Shown one piece after another: positions 10,130 through 21,042 of a stretch of DNA of 64,000 nucleotides. Every line of letters starts with the position of its first letter. Position 1 is the stretch's first letter. The notes beneath the pieces are model-generated. The model was given only the letters and a program-made list of their open reading frames with translations. It did no database searches and was not told the DNA's origin. The translations under genes and the position numbers were made by a program. The stretch is taken from assembly GCA_046331705.1 (NCBI GenBank), contig JAXLQJ010000020.1, positions 1 to 64,000 on the forward strand, given 5' to 3'. The stretch is from a bacterium (GTDB lineage Bacteria; JADJOY01).

Positions 10130-10726
10130 ATGACCCCGCTCGAGCTCCGACGCGTGTGTGTCTTCTGCGGCTCGAGCCGCGGCCGTCCCAGCTCGTTCGC
10201 CAGCCAGGCGCGAGCCCTGGGTCACACCCTCGCCGCCGCGGGCCTCGAGCTCGTCTACGGCGGCGGCAACGTGGGCCTCATGGGCATCCTCGCCGATGCC
10301 GTGCTGGAGCACGGCGGGCGGGCGATCAAGGTGATCCCGCGCTCGCTGGTCGAGCGCGAGGTCGCCCATTTCGGCCTGAGCGAGCTACGGGTCGTCGACT
10401 CGATGCACGAACGCAAGCAGCTCATGCACGATCTCTCGGATGCGTTCGTGGCGTTGCCGGGCGGCATCGGCACCTTCGAGGAGCTCTTCGAAACGCTCAC
10501 CTGGAGCCAGCTCGGGCTGCACGCCAAGCCATGCGGGATCCTGGACGTCGACGGCTATTTCCGGCCGCTCGTCGAGCTCCTCGACCACGCGGTGGCGAGC
10601 GAGCTGCTCGCCGCCGAGCATCGCGACGCGCTGCTGGTGGACACCGACGCCGCCCGACTGATCGCGCGGCTGCGCACCCATCGCCCGCCGGCGGTGGAGA
10701 AATGGCTCGATCGCGACGGGACGTGA
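10130..10726 (+). CDS. LOG family protein (TIGR00730; nucleotide phosphoribohydrolase)
   Basis: VCVFCGSS, LVYGGGNVGLMG, MHERK and PGGIGTFEE motifs. Confidence 0.93.
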   Translation: MTPLELRRVCVFCGSSRGRPSSFASQARALGHTLAAAGLELVYGGGNVGLMGILADAVLEHGGRAIKVIPRSLVEREVAHFGLSELRVVDSMHERKQLMHDLSDAFVALPGGIGTFEELFETLTWSQLGLHAKPCGILDVDGYFRPLVELLDHAVASELLAAEHRDALLVDTDAARLIARLRTHRPPAVEKWLDRDGT

Positions 10727-10742
10727 GGCCCGCGCCGAACCG

Positions 10743-13087
10743 TCAGCCTCGGCGGCGGCGCGGGAGGGCCAGACCCGCGATCGCGACGAGCCCCACCAGG
10801 CTCAGCGCCGCGGACCACCCCACGATCGGCGGGCGAAACTCGAGCCGTACCCGACGCGTCCCCTCGACGAGCGGCACCGCGCGCAACCCCAGGTCGGCGC
10901 GCACCACCGGCGCGGGGCGCCCGTCGCGCGTCGCGCGCCAACCGCTCGCGTAGCTTTCCGCGAGCACCAGCCACGTGCCGGCGCGCGCGGCACCTTCCGG
11001 GATCGCGACCTCGAGCGCGTTCCACCCCTTCTCGCTCACGGCGCATCGTCGCGGCGAGAGCCCCGCCGCCGCGCCGCCGGCACCAGCGGCGGCGCCGGGC
11101 GCGTCGTCGCCTCGAATCACGACCTCGCGCCCGGGATCGAACGTGGGCGCGCCGAGCGCTGCGCGCGCCGCCGCGGCATCGGGAACCACGCGGGCCACCG
11201 GCACGATCCACGCGCGTCCCAGCGGATTCGGCCGTTGCCCACGCGAGCCCTGGCGGTGGTCAAGCAGCGCGCCACCACGACGTCGATGTCGAGGGCATCC
11301 CAGAGCGGCGAATCGAGCGACTCGATGCGGAAGCTGCGCGGGTCGGGCCGCGCTTCGCCCAGCGGCCGCCCGGTGGCCACCTCCATCAGGTCCGCGAAGC
11401 CCGCGGCCATCCAGCGGCTGTTGCCCACCAACGTGCGGAGGCCGCGCGCGCGCGCCGTCGGTCCGGAGACGGGCGCCGCGCTGTCCTCGCCGTGAGTCGC
11501 GAGCGGCACGACCCGCCCCGCCACGTCGAGCCCCGGCGGGCCCGGTTCGCGTTCGGTCAGGCGGTCCCAGTACACGCGGCGAAAGTCGTAGTGCGAGAGC
11601 GCCAGGTCGACGGAGGTCGCCAGCAGCACCAAGCCGAGCGCGCCCCTGCGCAAGCCCCGTCGCTCGCCGAGCAGCCGCCACGCCGCGAACGACCCGCCCC
11701 ACGCGAGCAGCACCAGCGCGGCACAGGCCAGACGGCGCGGGGGCACCTGGAAATTCGCCACCGACTCGAGTGACGCGCCGGCGAAGCCCTCGAGGGCCGC
11801 GGGATCGCGGGGGTCGGCGGTGCCGGGGAAGAACGCGATCCGTGGCCGCGCGTCGACGGCGTAAAACGGCAGATTGCCCTGCAAGATCACCCACCCGACG
11901 ACGACCAGCGAGAGCAACGAGCGCTGCGCCACGCGCTCGAACGCGGCCGGCTCCCGCGCGCGACCGAGAATCGCGTCGCACCCGCGCGCCGCGAGCAAGC
12001 TCACCGCCAGCGCCGCGAAGAACACGTGGCGCTCTTGCCAGTTGATCTGCGAGAGCAAGGGCAACGCGTAGAACGCGCGGCCGATCGAGGTCTGGGGACC
12101 GGCCACCAACACCAGCGCGGTCGCGAAGATCGCCACGAGGCCGAGCCCCCCGCGCCGCGAGGTGGCGCCGCGATGGCAAGCGAGCAGCCCGATCGCCGCC
12201 AGCACCACCGGCGTCGTACCGAACGAGAAGCCGTCGAGCGTGCGCGCGAGCAAGCTGAACGCGCTCGGCACGTCGTGGAACCGGTAGTACTCGGGGACGA
12301 CCGCCAGGCTGCGCGTCGACTCACGCGCGTACCACGCGACCGGCAGCAACTGCGCCGAGGCCGCGGCCGCACCGAGGCCGAGCGCCGTCCCACACGCGAC
12401 GAGACCGCGAGCGCCGGCGCCGCGCTCGCCGGGTGCGCCATCGCGGCGCATCGCCGCCAGCCACTCCACGGCGAGGTAGAACGCCGCCAGCACCAGCCCC
12501 ATCAGCACGTAGTCGGGATGCGTGCCCAGCAGGAACACGAACACCGCCGCAGCCGCGGCCGCGATCGAGCGGCGGTCGGCGCGGCGTAACGCGCGGTCGA
12601 GGGTGGCGAGCACCCACGGGAACCACGCCACACCCGGCAGGTAGTCGGTCTGCCCCTCGATGATGCGCTGAAAATAGGTCTCGCCAGCGAGCAGATAGAC
12701 GAGCGCCGCGACCAGAGCCGAGCCCACCCGCGAGCCCAGCGAGCGGGCCGCGACGAAAGCACCGAGGGTTCCGATCAGCACGTGGAGCGCGTCGTAGACC
12801 GCCAGCGCCCGGATCGGCGACCCGAGGGCCGAGACCCAGCTCGGCGGATAGAAGAGCAAGCCGCGCGGATCCCCCACCAGCGGAATGCCGCCGAACACCG
12901 TGGGATCCCAGAGCGGGAACACGTGGGCCGCCGCCGCACGCGCGCGCAGCTCGAAGTACGGCAGGTGGAGCATCGCGTTGTCGGCGCCGGGCGGGAACGC
13001 GACCAAGCAAGCACCGGCGCTCGCCGCCACCAGCGCCACCAGCACCAGCGCCCACCGCTCGGCTCGCGCCGCGGGTCGTGCGCTCAC
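10743..13087 (-). CDS. YfhO-family multi-pass membrane protein (GT-C-like), apparent frameshift near 11240
   Basis: PLWDPTVFGGIPLVGDP...FYPP and QLLP motifs. The C-terminal LVLAESYASGWRA..DG...RADLGLRAVPL..G.RRVRLEFRP is in a second frame. Confidence 0.8.
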
Positions 13088-13761
13088 GGGTGATCCTGAC
13101 CGCGAGGGTCGGTGCTCGGCTGCGATCGGCGCGCGCTCAGCTCGAGCTCGTCGCCGCGGACGCACCACGCGAGCGTGGTCCGCGAGAACGGCTCAGTGGA
13201 GCGGTCGTCGAGCGTCACGTCGATGGCGCGACCCGCGCAGCCATCGCGTTCGAGCGCCTCCACGAGCCGCACCGGGCACGGCCCGCTCGCGTCGGCGTGG
13301 TGGGTGCAAGCGCCGGCGCCCGCGTGACCCTCGGCGGCCAACTGGCGATAGCTCGCGTCGATCGCGCGGCTGAGCCGGGGCCAATGCGCCTCGATCCGTC
13401 CGTGCGACCAGAGCGCGGCGGACAGGGTTTGCAGGACGCCGAAGACGATCGCCGCCTTCATCACGAATACGTCGCGGGCAGCGCTGGAGCGCCGCGACGA
13501 CGACGACGTCAGCGGCAGCAAAGCCGCCTGACCGACCACCGTGGCGATCAGCGTGGATCCGAGGACGTGGCGCGCGACCAGCTCGCCGGCGCCGCGCAGC
13601 ATCGGCGCCTCGCTCGCTTGAAGGACGAGGCTCAGCGCCGTCAGCCAGGTCCAGGCGTGGAAGGGAACCAGCGCCACCAGCCCGACCCACACGAATCCCA
13701 ACCACGCCAGGTCCAGGGCCGACCGCGCCCGGGTCGAGTCGCCCGTCACGGTGCCACCCAT
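13084..13761 (-). CDS. Hypothetical membrane protein
   Basis: Several hydrophobic segments; the stop overlaps the YfhO start. Confidence 0.5.
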   Translation of the reverse strand: MGGTVTGDSTRARSALDLAWLGFVWVGLVALVPFHAWTWLTALSLVLQASEAPMLRGAGELVARHVLGSTLIATVVGQAALLPLTSSSSRRSSAARDVFVMKAAIVFGVLQTLSAALWSHGRIEAHWPRLSRAIDASYRQLAAEGHAGAGACTHHADASGPCPVRLVEALERDGCAGRAIDVTLDDRSTEPFSRTTLAWCVRGDELELSARRSQPSTDPRGQDHP

Positions 13762-13854
13762 CTGCTCTTCGGCGCGCCCGAGCCCGTGCGTCCGCGACGA
13801 TGCGCGCGTGTCACCACGTGGTCTCGCTCGCTCTCGCCGTGCAGGTGCCGACCG

Positions 13855-14784
13855 CTAGGCGTCGCCCGGTGCGCTGGCTTCGAGGCGGGATCGGTCGTAG
13901 CGTCGCGCGAACGGCTCCAGCCGTTCGAGCAGCGATTCGAGCCCGCGAACGCGCTTGAGCGCGGTCTTGGGCAGACGGTCGAAGCCGCACGCCGCCCCAG
14001 CGATCTGTCCCGTGATGGCTGCAATCGTATCGGTGTCCCCACCGGCGCGGATCGTATCCCGGATCACGGCTTCGAACGACGAGCACGCGAGCGCCTGCGC
14101 GGCGAAGAGCGCGAGCGGAACGGAGTCGACGACGTGGCCGCTCGCCCCGAACCGCGCCGCCACCGCGAGCGGTGACGCATCCGCCGCGAGGGTCGCGAGA
14201 AGCGCGAGCCGATCGCGAACCGCGCAATCCGGCAGCTGGTCGGCGACGCGCGCGACGAGCGAAGCCGCGCTCGCGGACGAGCCCGAAGCGGCGAGTCGGA
14301 TCGCGAGCACGACCGCCAGCGCGCCCGCGTACGCCTCGTCGTGATGATGGGTGATGCGCGCGACGTCACGAATCCGCTGGCGACCCGCCCGCGAATCGGG
14401 ATCGAGCACGAAGGCGAGCGGCGCGATCCGCATGGCGGCGCCGTTTCCCGCGGTCCGCTCGCCACGCGCCCCCGCCAGCGCCCAATGAGCGCCGCAATCG
14501 AGATCGCGCAGCGCCTTGAGCGTGCTCGCGCCGACGCCGACCACGGCACCCTCACGGAAACGGGCGCGCATGCGCTCCGCGATGGCCGCCGGATCGGCGC
14601 CATCCGCGCTCACGATCGCTTCACACGTGGCCAGCGTGAGCTCGGTATCGTCGGTAGGCGAGCCCGTGGGCCAATCGTCGACGGCGAGCGGGGGCGAAGC
14701 GCCTTCGTACGGCGATCCCCACGCGTCACCCAAGGCGCCGCCGATCAAGCAGCCGAGAATGCGGTCCCGCGGTGCGAAGCTCAC
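13855..14784 (-). CDS. ADP-ribosylglycohydrolase family protein
   Basis: GGALGDAWG, PTDDTELT, GNGAAMRIAP, ITH and GGDTDTIAAITG motifs. Confidence 0.92.
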   Translation of the reverse strand: MSFAPRDRILGCLIGGALGDAWGSPYEGASPPLAVDDWPTGSPTDDTELTLATCEAIVSADGADPAAIAERMRARFREGAVVGVGASTLKALRDLDCGAHWALAGARGERTAGNGAAMRIAPLAFVLDPDSRAGRQRIRDVARITHHHDEAYAGALAVVLAIRLAASGSSASAASLVARVADQLPDCAVRDRLALLATLAADASPLAVAARFGASGHVVDSVPLALFAAQALACSSFEAVIRDTIRAGGDTDTIAAITGQIAGAACGFDRLPKTALKRVRGLESLLERLEPFARRYDRSRLEASAPGDA

Positions 14785-14824
14785 GAGCGGTCGACGCCCG
14801 GCGATGCGGGATACCGGGAAACGC

Positions 14825-15607
14825 TCACACGTTGCGTTCGAGCCCGGGCTCGAACGACGCGCCGTCGTAGTGCGCCCGCAGCACACGAATCGGCAGCTGG
14901 CCGGGCGCGGCGGGGGCTTCGCCTTCGACGAAGCCGTACGTCATGCACGAGCCGAAGACCGGCCCCATGATGCGGCTGATCGAGCCCTCGGGGCCGAGCG
15001 CCATGCCCACGATCTGCGCGGTTTCGTGGCGATCCCGAAAGGCCTGCACGAACGAGAGCAGCCGCGCCACGTCGAGCGGACCCGCGGCCGTCGGGCAGAC
15101 CTTGAAGACCGCGGCGCCGACGTCCTCGACCGCTTCCGCCGCGAGCGCTGCGAGCGTGGTCTCGGAAGGTGTGCCGCGCACGTCGTGGTGGGAGACGATG
15201 GCCGCGTGCCCGTGCTGCGCAGCGAGGGCCACCACGCGCTCGCGCAAGCCGCGCGCCGCCAGCTCGACGTCGACGAGCTCGGCCTCGGCGGCGGCCGCCG
15301 CGAAGATCGGAAGCCGTTCGTCGTCGGAGCGGCGCCACTCGCCCAGCTCGCTCGCGAGCCGGATCGTGGCGACCAGCGGCAACCCCGCCGCCGCGCGCGC
15401 CGCGCGCAAGGACTTGACGGCGCGCTCGGGCGTGAGATCCGGATCGCGATCGAGGCGAACCTCGACGAGGTGGGCGCCTTGCTCGCGCGCACGCCGCGCG
15501 CTCGCGGCGACGTCGGGAGCTGCCACCACCGCGACGATGCGCGGCTCGGCCCCCAGCACGAGCGAGCCAACGCGCAAGGTTCGGTCGGCGCGATGGAGGC
15601 GAATCAT
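14825..15607 (-). CDS. aroD: Type I 3-dehydroquinate dehydratase
   Basis: VEVRLD, ATIR..ELG, VDVEL, IVSHHD, FKV, GSISR and APGQL motifs. Confidence 0.9.
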   Translation of the reverse strand: MIRLHRADRTLRVGSLVLGAEPRIVAVVAAPDVAASARRAREQGAHLVEVRLDRDPDLTPERAVKSLRAARAAAGLPLVATIRLASELGEWRRSDDERLPIFAAAAAEAELVDVELAARGLRERVVALAAQHGHAAIVSHHDVRGTPSETTLAALAAEAVEDVGAAVFKVCPTAAGPLDVARLLSFVQAFRDRHETAQIVGMALGPEGSISRIMGPVFGSCMTYGFVEGEAPAAPGQLPIRVLRAHYDGASFEPGLERNV

Positions 15608-15651
15608 CGGAAGAACCGGCTCACCGCGAGGTCGAGCGCCGCCGCGCTCGA

Positions 15652-16383
15652 CTAGCCGAGCAGCGTCCGCAGCTCGCCCTGAACGTCGCCGACGAAGCGC
15701 GCGATCGAGTCCGAGCTGTTGCCGTCCAGGCGTCCGAACTCGAGCCCGAAACCCGAGAGTCGCATGGCGCCGGCGACCGGCTCCCGCACCACCACGAAGC
15801 GCACCGTCGCCTCGCCGGACACGATCGCCGCGTCGGGCATGCGCACGCGGAACCGGACGTGCTCGCCGTGCGTGACGCTCGCGTCGGTCTGGACGAACGC
15901 GCCGCCCTGCCCGAGGTTCGTGACGCGCCCGTCGAGGCTCCGCTCGGCCACGGTGCAGTTCGCCGCGAGATTGGTGAAGACCCGCGCGTAGCGGCGCAGA
16001 TCGCGGCCGCGGAAGAGCGCCTCGTTGACGCGAAAGATGAGCTCCTCGGGCAACGCGTTGGCGTCCACCGCGCCCTCGAGGCCGAGCCCGTAGAACTCGC
16101 CGTCCTCCAGCTCCGCGAGCTTGGTGACCGCGATCACACCGATCTCGCCGAAGAATTTCTCGTGGCGGATCCGATCCACGAACGCCGCGAAGGTGTCGCG
16201 CGCGGAAGTCGCGTTCGCGATCATCGCCGCCGGCGCGATGCCCGATCGACATTCGGCCAGCGCCGCCTCGTACGAGCCCGCCAGCCGCACCTCGTATCCG
16301 GAGAGCTCGAGCAGCCGCCTGAGCTCGACACCCGCGAACGGCATGTCCTCGACCAGCACGATCCGTCCCGCGCTCGATTCCAT
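15652..16383 (-). CDS. Atypical receiver domain + PilZ domain protein
   Basis: N-terminal IVLVED receiver fold; C-terminal RRYAR and NLGQGGAFV, followed by GFGLEF (PilZ). Confidence 0.8.
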   Translation of the reverse strand: MESSAGRIVLVEDMPFAGVELRRLLELSGYEVRLAGSYEAALAECRSGIAPAAMIANATSARDTFAAFVDRIRHEKFFGEIGVIAVTKLAELEDGEFYGLGLEGAVDANALPEELIFRVNEALFRGRDLRRYARVFTNLAANCTVAERSLDGRVTNLGQGGAFVQTDASVTHGEHVRFRVRMPDAAIVSGEATVRFVVVREPVAGAMRLSGFGLEFGRLDGNSSDSIARFVGDVQGELRTLLG

Positions 16384-16550
16384 GATGAGAAGCCCTCGGG
16401 GGCGGCCGACGGGTCCCGGCACGTCCGCACGCCGGCTCCACATGTACCATCGCCCACCCCGAAGGGTGAAGGCGGGGCCCAGCCGGCGCGGCGCGAAGCG
16501 CGATCGCGGCGTTGCCAGCAAATCGGCCGCGAACGTACTCTCGGGCCACC

Positions 16551-18161
16551 ATGGAAGCCCTGGAATCCCGCATCCACGCCACCGACCCCGAGTTCCAGGA
16601 GAACGCGGCGCACCATCGCGCTCTCGCCGAGGAGCTCGCGGCCCGGCTCGAGCGCGTTCGCCAAGGGGGCGGGGAGCGAGCGCAGAAGCGGCACGCCGAG
16701 CAAGGCAAGCTCTTCGTCCGCAAGCGCATCGACCGCCTCCTCGACCCCGGCTCTCCGTTCCTCGAGCTGTCGGCGCTCGCCGCCTTCGGCCTCTACGACG
16801 GCGAAGCACCCGCCGCGGGAATCGTGACCGGCATCGGCATGGTCGCCGGGCGACCGTGCCTGATCGTCGCCAACGACGCCACGGTCAAGGGCGGCACCTA
16901 CTACCCGATGACGGTGAAGAAGCACCTGCGCGCCCAGCAGGTCGCCGCCGAGAGCCATCTGCCGTGCGTCTACCTGGTGGACTCGGGCGGCGCCTTCCTG
17001 CCGATGCAGGACGAGGTGTTCCCGGACGTCGACGATTTCGGGCGCATCTTCTTCAACCAGGCCACCATGAGCGCCGCGGGCATCCCGCAGATCGCGGCGG
17101 TGATGGGCTCGTGCACCGCCGGCGGCGCCTACGTGCCGGCGATGAGCGACGAAGCGGTGATCGTGAAAGGTACCGGCACGATCTTCCTGGGCGGCCCCCC
17201 GCTCGTGAAGGCCGCCACCGGTGAGGACGTGACCGCCGAGGAGCTGGGCGGCGCCGACGTCCACACGCGGCTCTCGGGAGTGGCCGACCACTTCGCGGTG
17301 GACGACGATCACGCGCTCGAGCTGGTGCGCGGCATCCTCGAGACCGTGCCGGCGCGCCCCGCGCCGAACGCGGATCTGGCGCCGGTGGAGGAGCCGCTCT
17401 ACGACCCGCGCGAGATCTACGGCGTCGTGCCCAAGAGCTTCAAGCAGAGCTACGACGTGCGCGAGGTGATCGCGCGGCTGGTCGACGGCAGCCGCTTCCG
17501 CGAGTTCAAGGCGCGCTACGGCACCACGCTGGTCACGGGCTTCGCGCGCATCCACGGCATCCTGGTGGGGATCGTCGCCAACAACGGCATCCTCTTCAGC
17601 GAGTCGGCGCTCAAGGGCACCCACTTCATCGAGCTCTGCACGGCGCGCGGTGTCCCGCTGCTCTTCCTCCAGAACATCACCGGCTTCATGGTCGGCAAGG
17701 AGTACGAGCAAGGCGGGATCGCCAAGGACGGCGCCAAGATGGTGCACGCGGTCGCCAACGCGGCGGTGCCGAAGCTCACGGTGGTGATCGGCGGCTCGTT
17801 CGGCGCCGGCAACTACGGCATGTGCGGGCGCGCCTACAGCCCGCGCTTCCTGTGGATGTGGCCCAACGCGCGGATCAGCGTCATGGGCGGCGAGCAGGCG
17901 GCGAACGTGCTGCTCACGGTGAAGCGCGACCAGCTCGCTCGCGAGAAGAAGCCGGCGCTGAGCGTCGAGGAGGAAGAGCGCTTCAAGGCGCCCATCACCG
18001 AGAAGTACGAGGTGGAAGGCAGCCCGTACTACTCGACCGCGCGGCTCTGGGACGACGGCATCCTCGACCCCGCCGACACCCGCGACGTCCTCGGACTGGC
18101 GCTCGCCGTGACCATGAGCGCGCCGCTGCCCAAGACCCGCTTCGGCGTGTTCCGGATGTAG
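16551..18161 (+). CDS. liuB: 3-methylcrotonyl-CoA carboxylase beta (carboxyltransferase) subunit
   Basis: [50 protein letters not shown] and C-terminal FGVFRM. Confidence 0.92.
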   Translation: MEALESRIHATDPEFQENAAHHRALAEELAARLERVRQGGGERAQKRHAEQGKLFVRKRIDRLLDPGSPFLELSALAAFGLYDGEAPAAGIVTGIGMVAGRPCLIVANDATVKGGTYYPMTVKKHLRAQQVAAESHLPCVYLVDSGGAFLPMQDEVFPDVDDFGRIFFNQATMSAAGIPQIAAVMGSCTAGGAYVPAMSDEAVIVKGTGTIFLGGPPLVKAATGEDVTAEELGGADVHTRLSGVADHFAVDDDHALELVRGILETVPARPAPNADLAPVEEPLYDPREIYGVVPKSFKQSYDVREVIARLVDGSRFREFKARYGTTLVTGFARIHGILVGIVANNGILFSESALKGTHFIELCTARGVPLLFLQNITGFMVGKEYEQGGIAKDGAKMVHAVANAAVPKLTVVIGGSFGAGNYGMCGRAYSPRFLWMWPNARISVMGGEQAANVLLTVKRDQLAREKKPALSVEEEERFKAPITEKYEVEGSPYYSTARLWDDGILDPADTRDVLGLALAVTMSAPLPKTRFGVFRM

Positions 18162-18170
18162 ACGCCCGCG

Positions 18171-19700
18171 ATGGCTCCCTTTCGAAAGATCCTGATCGCC
18201 AATCGCGGCGAGATCGCCGTGCGCGTGATGCGCTCGTGCCGAGAGCTCGGGATCGCCACCGTGGCGGTCTACTCGGAAGCCGACCGCGACTCGCTGCACG
18301 TGCGCATGGCCGACGAAGCCGTGGAGATCGGCCCCGCGCCCGCGGGCGAGTCGTACCTGCGCCGGGACCGAATCCTCGATGCCGCGCGCCGGACCGGCGC
18401 GCAGGCGATCCATCCCGGCTACGGCTTCCTCTCGGAGAACCCCGACTTCGCCGACGCGGTGCGCGACGCGGGCCTGGTCTTCATCGGCCCCACCGGCGAC
18501 GCGATGCGCGCCATGGGACACAAGACCTCGGCGCGCGCGGCGATGGCCAAGGCGGGCGTGCCCATCGTCCCCGGCTACCAGGAGAGCCAGCGGGACGACG
18601 ACCTCGTCGCCGCCGCCGAGCGCATCGGCTTCCCGGTGCTGGTCAAGGCCACGGCCGGCGGGGGCGGCAAGGGCATGCGCGTCGTGCCCGCCGCCGCCGA
18701 GATCCGGGAAGCCATCGGCGGCGCACGGCGCGAGGCGGCGCACGCGTTCGGCGACGATCGCATCTACCTCGAGAAGTACTTCCGCGGCGCGCGGCACATC
18801 GAGTTCCAGGTGCTGGCCGATCGCCATGGTCACGTGGTCCACCTCTTCGAGCGCGAGTGCTCGGTGCAGCGTCGCCACCAGAAGATCGTCGAGGAGACGC
18901 CCTCGCCCGCCGTCGACGACGAGCTGCGCGCGCGCATGGGGGAGGCCGCGGTCGCCGCGGCACGCGCGGTCCGCTACGAGAACGCGGGCACCATCGAGTT
19001 CTTGCTCGGCGACGAGCGCGACTTCTACTTCCTCGAGATGAACACGCGCCTGCAGGTCGAGCATCCGATCACCGAGCTCGTGACCGGGCGCGACCTGGTG
19101 CTCTCGCAGCTCCGCATCGCCGCCGGCGAACCGCTGCCCTTCGACCAGGCGCAGCTCTCGCAGCGCGGCCACGCCATCGAATGCCGGGTGTACGCGGAGG
19201 ATCCGGGCAACGGATTCCTCCCGGACACCGGAGCGCTCTTCACGGTGGTCGAGCCGCGCGGTCCCGGCGTGCGCGTCGACTCCGGGGTGGCGAGCGGCGA
19301 CACCATCACTCACCACTACGATCCGATGATCGCCAAGCTCGTGGTCCAGGCCGAGGATCGCGCCAGTGCCCTTCGCCGCATGGAAAGAGCGCTGAGCGAC
19401 TACGTGATCCTCGGGGTCACCACGAATCTCGCGTTCCTGCGAGACGTGCTCGCGCACGAGGTGTTCCGGCGCGGCGGCGCCACCACGCGCTTCATCGACG
19501 AGCACATGAGCGAGTGGCGGCCTTGCGACGAGCCGCCGCCCGACGAGGTGCTGATCGCCGCGGCGCTCGCCGACGCGCTCGGTGCCAGCGGCGCCAAGCT
19601 CGGCGGCTCGGGAGACGCGGCGGGGTCGGGCGCCGATCCATGGGCCCCGTGGCGGCGCAGCGACGGGTTCCGGCTGAGCGGCGGCGGAGGCCGATCGTGA
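18171..19700 (+). CDS. liuD: Biotin carboxylase subunit (N-terminal part of MCC alpha)
   Basis: KILIANRGEIA, HPGYGFLSEN, GGGGKGMR, RECSVQRRHQK and EMNTRLQVEH motifs. Confidence 0.9.
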   Translation: MAPFRKILIANRGEIAVRVMRSCRELGIATVAVYSEADRDSLHVRMADEAVEIGPAPAGESYLRRDRILDAARRTGAQAIHPGYGFLSENPDFADAVRDAGLVFIGPTGDAMRAMGHKTSARAAMAKAGVPIVPGYQESQRDDDLVAAAERIGFPVLVKATAGGGGKGMRVVPAAAEIREAIGGARREAAHAFGDDRIYLEKYFRGARHIEFQVLADRHGHVVHLFERECSVQRRHQKIVEETPSPAVDDELRARMGEAAVAAARAVRYENAGTIEFLLGDERDFYFLEMNTRLQVEHPITELVTGRDLVLSQLRIAAGEPLPFDQAQLSQRGHAIECRVYAEDPGNGFLPDTGALFTVVEPRGPGVRVDSGVASGDTITHHYDPMIAKLVVQAEDRASALRRMERALSDYVILGVTTNLAFLRDVLAHEVFRRGGATTRFIDEHMSEWRPCDEPPPDEVLIAAALADALGASGAKLGGSGDAAGSGADPWAPWRRSDGFRLSGGGGRS

Positions 19701-20206
19701 GCGGCTTCCACTATCGCGCCGGCGATCGAGCGCCCCATCTGGTGGCGATCGAGCGCCACGGCGACGGCTGGCGCGTGGTCATCGACGGTCGCGCTCACGA
19801 GATCGCCGTGCGCCCCCACTCGGGCGGCCGGCTCGAGCTCACCATCGACGGCCGGCGTCGCTCGGCGTACGTGGCCGCCGCCGGAACCCGGCGCTGGGTC
19901 GCGGTGGGCGATCGAACCTGGCAGCTCGACCGCATCGACGGCTCGCCCAAGCGGCGCGCCGCCGGCGGCAGCGAGAGCGGCCACGACGTGCTGGAAGCGA
20001 CCATGCCCGGCCAGGTGCGCGCCGTGCTGGTCGATCCCGGCAGCCAGGTGAAGGCTGGCCAGACGCTGGTGCTCCTCGAGGCGATGAAGATGGAGCTTCA
20101 GGTCAAGGCGCCGCACGACGGCAAGGTCGCCGCGGTGCTCGTCCAGGTCGGCCAGAGCGTCGAACGAGGCCAGCGGCTGGTGGACGTCGACGCCACCTCC
20201 GCATGA
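19697..20206 (+). CDS. BT domain + biotin carboxyl carrier protein (C-terminal part of MCC alpha)
   Basis: EAMKME biotinylation motif and ATMPGQV; GTGA overlap with the upstream stop. Confidence 0.9.
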   Translation: MSGFHYRAGDRAPHLVAIERHGDGWRVVIDGRAHEIAVRPHSGGRLELTIDGRRRSAYVAAAGTRRWVAVGDRTWQLDRIDGSPKRRAAGGSESGHDVLEATMPGQVRAVLVDPGSQVKAGQTLVLLEAMKMELQVKAPHDGKVAAVLVQVGQSVERGQRLVDVDATSA

Positions 20207-21021
20207 CCGAGCGGGCGTTCCTCGAGCACCGCGGCTGCCGGCTCGCCTACGCCACGCACGGCGACGGCGAGCCCGTGCTGCTCATCCAAGGGGTCGGGGT
20301 GCACGGCGACGGCTGGTCGCCCCAGGTCAGCGCGCTCGCGGCGCGCCACCGCTGCCTGTGGTTCGACAATCGCGGCATGGCGGCGAGCCAGCCGCTGGGA
20401 AGCGCACCGCTCACCGTCGCGACGCTGGCCGGCGACGCGCTCGCGCTGGTCGACGCACAGGGCTGGTCGCGCGCGCACGTGATCGGCCACTCGCTGGGCG
20501 GCCTGATCGCGCTCGAGCTGGCGCTCGCGGCACCCGAGCGGGTGCGAAGCCTGAGCTTGCTCTGCACGTTCGCGCGCGGAGCCGCAGCCGGAGCGTCGGC
20601 ACGCATGTTCTGGCTCGGCGCGCGTAGCCGCGTCGGCACGCGGCGCATGCGCCGCCACGCGTTCCTGGAGATCGTGTATCCGCCGGACGCGCTCGCCGCC
20701 ACCGATCGCGACGCCCTCGCCGCGCGCCTGGCGCCGCTCTTCGGCCACGATCTCGCGGATCACGCGCCGATCGAGATGAAGCAGCTGGGCGCGATGCGCG
20801 GCCACGACGTGACGCACAGGCTCGCCGAGCTCGCCCGGGTGCCCACCCTCGTGGTGAGCGCTCGCCACGACCCCATCGCCCCGCCCGCGCTCGGACGCGC
20901 CATCGCCGATGGCATCCCGGGCGCGCGCTTCGTGCTCCTCGAAGACGCGTCCCACGGCGTGCCCCTCGAGGACGCCGCGCGCGTCAACGCGCTCTTGCTC
21001 GACCACCTCGCGGCGAGCTGA
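20203..21021 (+). CDS. Alpha/beta hydrolase
   Basis: DNRGM, GHSLGG nucleophile elbow, HDPIAP and ASHG; ATGA overlap. Confidence 0.9.
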   Translation: MTERAFLEHRGCRLAYATHGDGEPVLLIQGVGVHGDGWSPQVSALAARHRCLWFDNRGMAASQPLGSAPLTVATLAGDALALVDAQGWSRAHVIGHSLGGLIALELALAAPERVRSLSLLCTFARGAAAGASARMFWLGARSRVGTRRMRRHAFLEIVYPPDALAATDRDALAARLAPLFGHDLADHAPIEMKQLGAMRGHDVTHRLAELARVPTLVVSARHDPIAPPALGRAIADGIPGARFVLLEDASHGVPLEDAARVNALLLDHLAAS

Positions 21022-21042
21022 AGGGCGGCAGCGCCGCGACCG

